Below, piece by piece: positions 61,609-64,000 of a DNA stretch of 64,000 nt (the stretch's first letter is position 1; each line of letters starts with the position of its first letter). The notes under the pieces are model-generated. The model was not told the origin of the DNA. It did not search any database and saw only the letters and a program-made list of their open reading frames with translations. The stretch is taken from the NCBI GenBank assembly GCA_946965045.2, contig OX337238.1, positions 1,116,001 to 1,180,000 on the forward strand. The letters run 5' to 3'. The DNA is from Epithemia pelagica (taxonomy: Eukaryota; Protista; Bacillariophyta). The translations under genes were made by a program, and so were the position numbers.

Positions 61609-62379
61609 GGGGAGGCGAACCCCGTCCGACGCGACACCCACCACGTGTTGGTCGGTCGCGTTGGATGTGGCATCGCGGTTGGAGCTTTGGAAGGATCGTG
61701 ACGGGTCCATGAAATGTGACATGTCACACTTGACTCTACCTGACGTCAAGGGAATCTCGTAGCACTCCCCCGAGTCGTTACTTCAAAAATAATCCAAGAA
61801 ATTATCTACTGATATTCGTAGCCGCTAGAGATTCTGCGTTTCTGCCGGTGGCCAAGGAAGAAGCTCGGTGCTGTCACATCTGTCCATCCATCCAGCATTC
61901 TTGATTTCCCGATGGTTTTCTTGTTGCTTGGTCCTCCCACAATTGGTGGTTGACCGGAAGCAAATAAAAGTACAAAGTACACAACACAGTATAGGCCGCA
62001 CCACCACCATCAGAAGTCCAGAAGACTGGATCAGAATCTCACATCTGGGCGCTGCTGCTGTGCCAATGCATATGGTATCTACAAGTATTCCGTCAGCTGT
62101 GTAAGAATCTCATTGTTGGAGTGTTCGTACCCTAATAATCGTGCTTGGTGTGCCACACAATCGGTGGTTGAGATATCGTTCAGCACAGACAGTGCGTGAG
62201 AAGTGAACGCTCCTCTTGTGTCACCACGGTGCCAACTACTGCCAGCACCGTATTTGGACGAACCCTTCACCACCAAGGTTCAAAACGTGATTGCGACCAC
62301 ATCCAACAGTCTCGAAAAAGACTACGTTCCGGACGACCCGAACGAGCTCATCCTTGCCAAACAGACTGCAAACAGCACC

Positions 62380-64000
62380 ATGTCCAACCATTCCAACCGG
62401 ACATTCAACGATCTGCTGCAAGATGGAGAAGAAAAGACGAATTATCGAGACAAACCGCAGCAAACTACCACCACTGTGTTGACGTCATCGTCGTGTTGGG
62501 AAACGGAATCGCCCACACCCATGACGAGTCGGCCGCACTTTAAAGTCTTGCATCGACAGTCACAACAACACCCACAACCCTATGAATTATTGGAGCTTCC
62601 CTACGAGGACCACAAGAGTCATTCTCCTCATAGAGGTCGAGGACGAAGTCAGTCCTTGGGATCAGACTACCTTCAAACTACCAAGGAGGATTCGGAAACT
62701 GGAACCTTGGTGTGGGCTACAGCGGACCTATCGTCTTCATCTTCCTCCTTACCCAAACGACGCCGGACAACCGCAACAGCTTCTCCCGCCCATCAGCAAC
62801 AGCAGCATCGTGATTGGAAAGATTTGTGGTTGCAAACGTCTTTTCAACAACAGCAACAATCGCAATGTCTGGCCTTACCTCCCTTGCATCCCAAAACAAC
62901 CGCTGGAGGGGGAGGAGGAGGACCGACCTTATATTATCAAAACCATGAAGCATCCAGTCACAACAGCCTTCCACCAGACGAAGCAGAAGAAGAAGACTGC
63001 GACGACAAGAGTCCATTAAAAGTCTCCATGTGTGTCGAAAAGGGGGACGATGCCTCGCAACGATCGTCTTCTGATGTACCCACCATTACGCCAACTATGA
63101 TTACAACCACTACACCGCCCCAATCCTCCCCCACTTCGTGGATCTCTCACATCTTGTATGGGTTGATCAATGCCACCATTATCTTGCCTGTCCTCATGAG
63201 TTTTTCGTCCATTATTTATCGCGATCAAGCCTTTGCGCCCTACTTTTCCCACTTGGTCCAACTCGTGTCGGTTTCCGGTATGGTCCATCAACTTTGTTTT
63301 TCCACCTTTTCCAGTCTCCCCTTTGCGGTGGGACAAGTCCAAGATGCCGGTAGGTTGACCTTGATGTGCAGAGAAATGTATTGATGCCGTGCTGTTGCTC
63401 ATACCGGTTCTTGTTGTCACTCTTTTGCTTGTTTTTGCTTATTGTACAGGTTTGATTTTCTTGTCTGCCATGGCAAGCTATATCGTCCAATATTGTGAAG
63501 AACGAGGTTACGGCGATGATGTCATGCTAGCAACTGTGACAGTCTGCTTGTCCTTGGCCACGGCTTTGTTGGGCGTGGGTTTGTTGATCATTGGCCAAGC
63601 CGGTTTGGCCGAATGTATCCAGTTTTTACCCACCTGTGTCATTGGTGGTTATTTGGCCTTTATTGGATGGTTCTGTGGCATGGCCGGTATCGGACTCATG
63701 GCTCATGCCAGCAGTGTTTCCTTCACCGTACTGGCGAATGGGTGGAATTTGATTCTTCCTGGCGTACTCGGAGGCCTGACGATTTATTCCATTTCCAAAT
63801 GGCTTCGACACATTGCCGTCCTTCCGTGCTTCATGATCTTGATGTTGTTCTTGTTTTACATTGTCTTGTTCTGGACCGGAACTACTTTAGAAGAAGTGAC
63901 GCAACAGGGATGGATGATTGGTGGTGAGAAGGACGAAAATGGTGTCATCACCTCACAACCCTTGCCGAGTTGGAAGGAAACGTGGCAATTTTTTCGGTTT
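62380..64000 (+). CDS. SLC26/SulP-family anion (sulfate/bicarbonate) transporter, 5' part (runs off the window); intron 63350-63449
   Basis: YGLINATIILPVLMSF, SSLPFAVGQVQDAG|LIFL, QFLPTCVIGGYLAFIG are SulP transmembrane motifs. The frame is open from 62203; first ATG at 62380. Confidence 0.85.

Noticed and set aside
1-64000. tRNA, rRNA and CRISPR arrays
   Set aside because: No cloverleaf with A/B boxes, rRNA signature or repeat-spacer array was seen; the tRNA-Asn gene implied by the PBS is not in this window.

Overview
Eukaryotic genomic DNA, most likely from a diatom. Evidence: compact genes with ~75-175-nt introns, a bipartite plastid-targeting peptide, and CoDi-type Ty1/copia elements. 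Host genes: a CHASE hybrid histidine kinase, V-ATPase subunit E, a membrane-anchored PH-domain protein, ZNF598/Hel2, a plastid NAD(P)-binding reductase, a YisB-like HNH protein, an aldo/keto reductase, two sulfotransferase-like proteins, an IQ-motif protein, a SERCA-type P2A Ca2+-ATPase and the start of an SLC26/SulP transporter, plus hypothetical genes and a Kelch pseudogene. About 25 kb is transposon DNA. Copia family A occurs twice (A1 13570-21869; A2 47633-55952, 758-bp LTRs). Copia family B (44960-61608, 523-bp LTRs) carries A2 nested in its gag and a 605-bp TA-flanked MITE in its pol. Most striking: both families lack a classical TGG primer-binding site. Instead the same 14-mer, GATTAACAGTCTCA, abuts each 5' LTR. 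It is the reverse complement of a tRNA-Asn(GUU) anticodon arm (positions 27-40), suggesting priming by a tRNA-Asn 5' half. The two families also share conserved U5 blocks and a Tudor-like plus chromo-like module after integrase. Family A has an extra 251-aa ORF before gag, and family B has non-canonical TC...CA termini. Coordinates and alignments were read by eye; no database searches were run.
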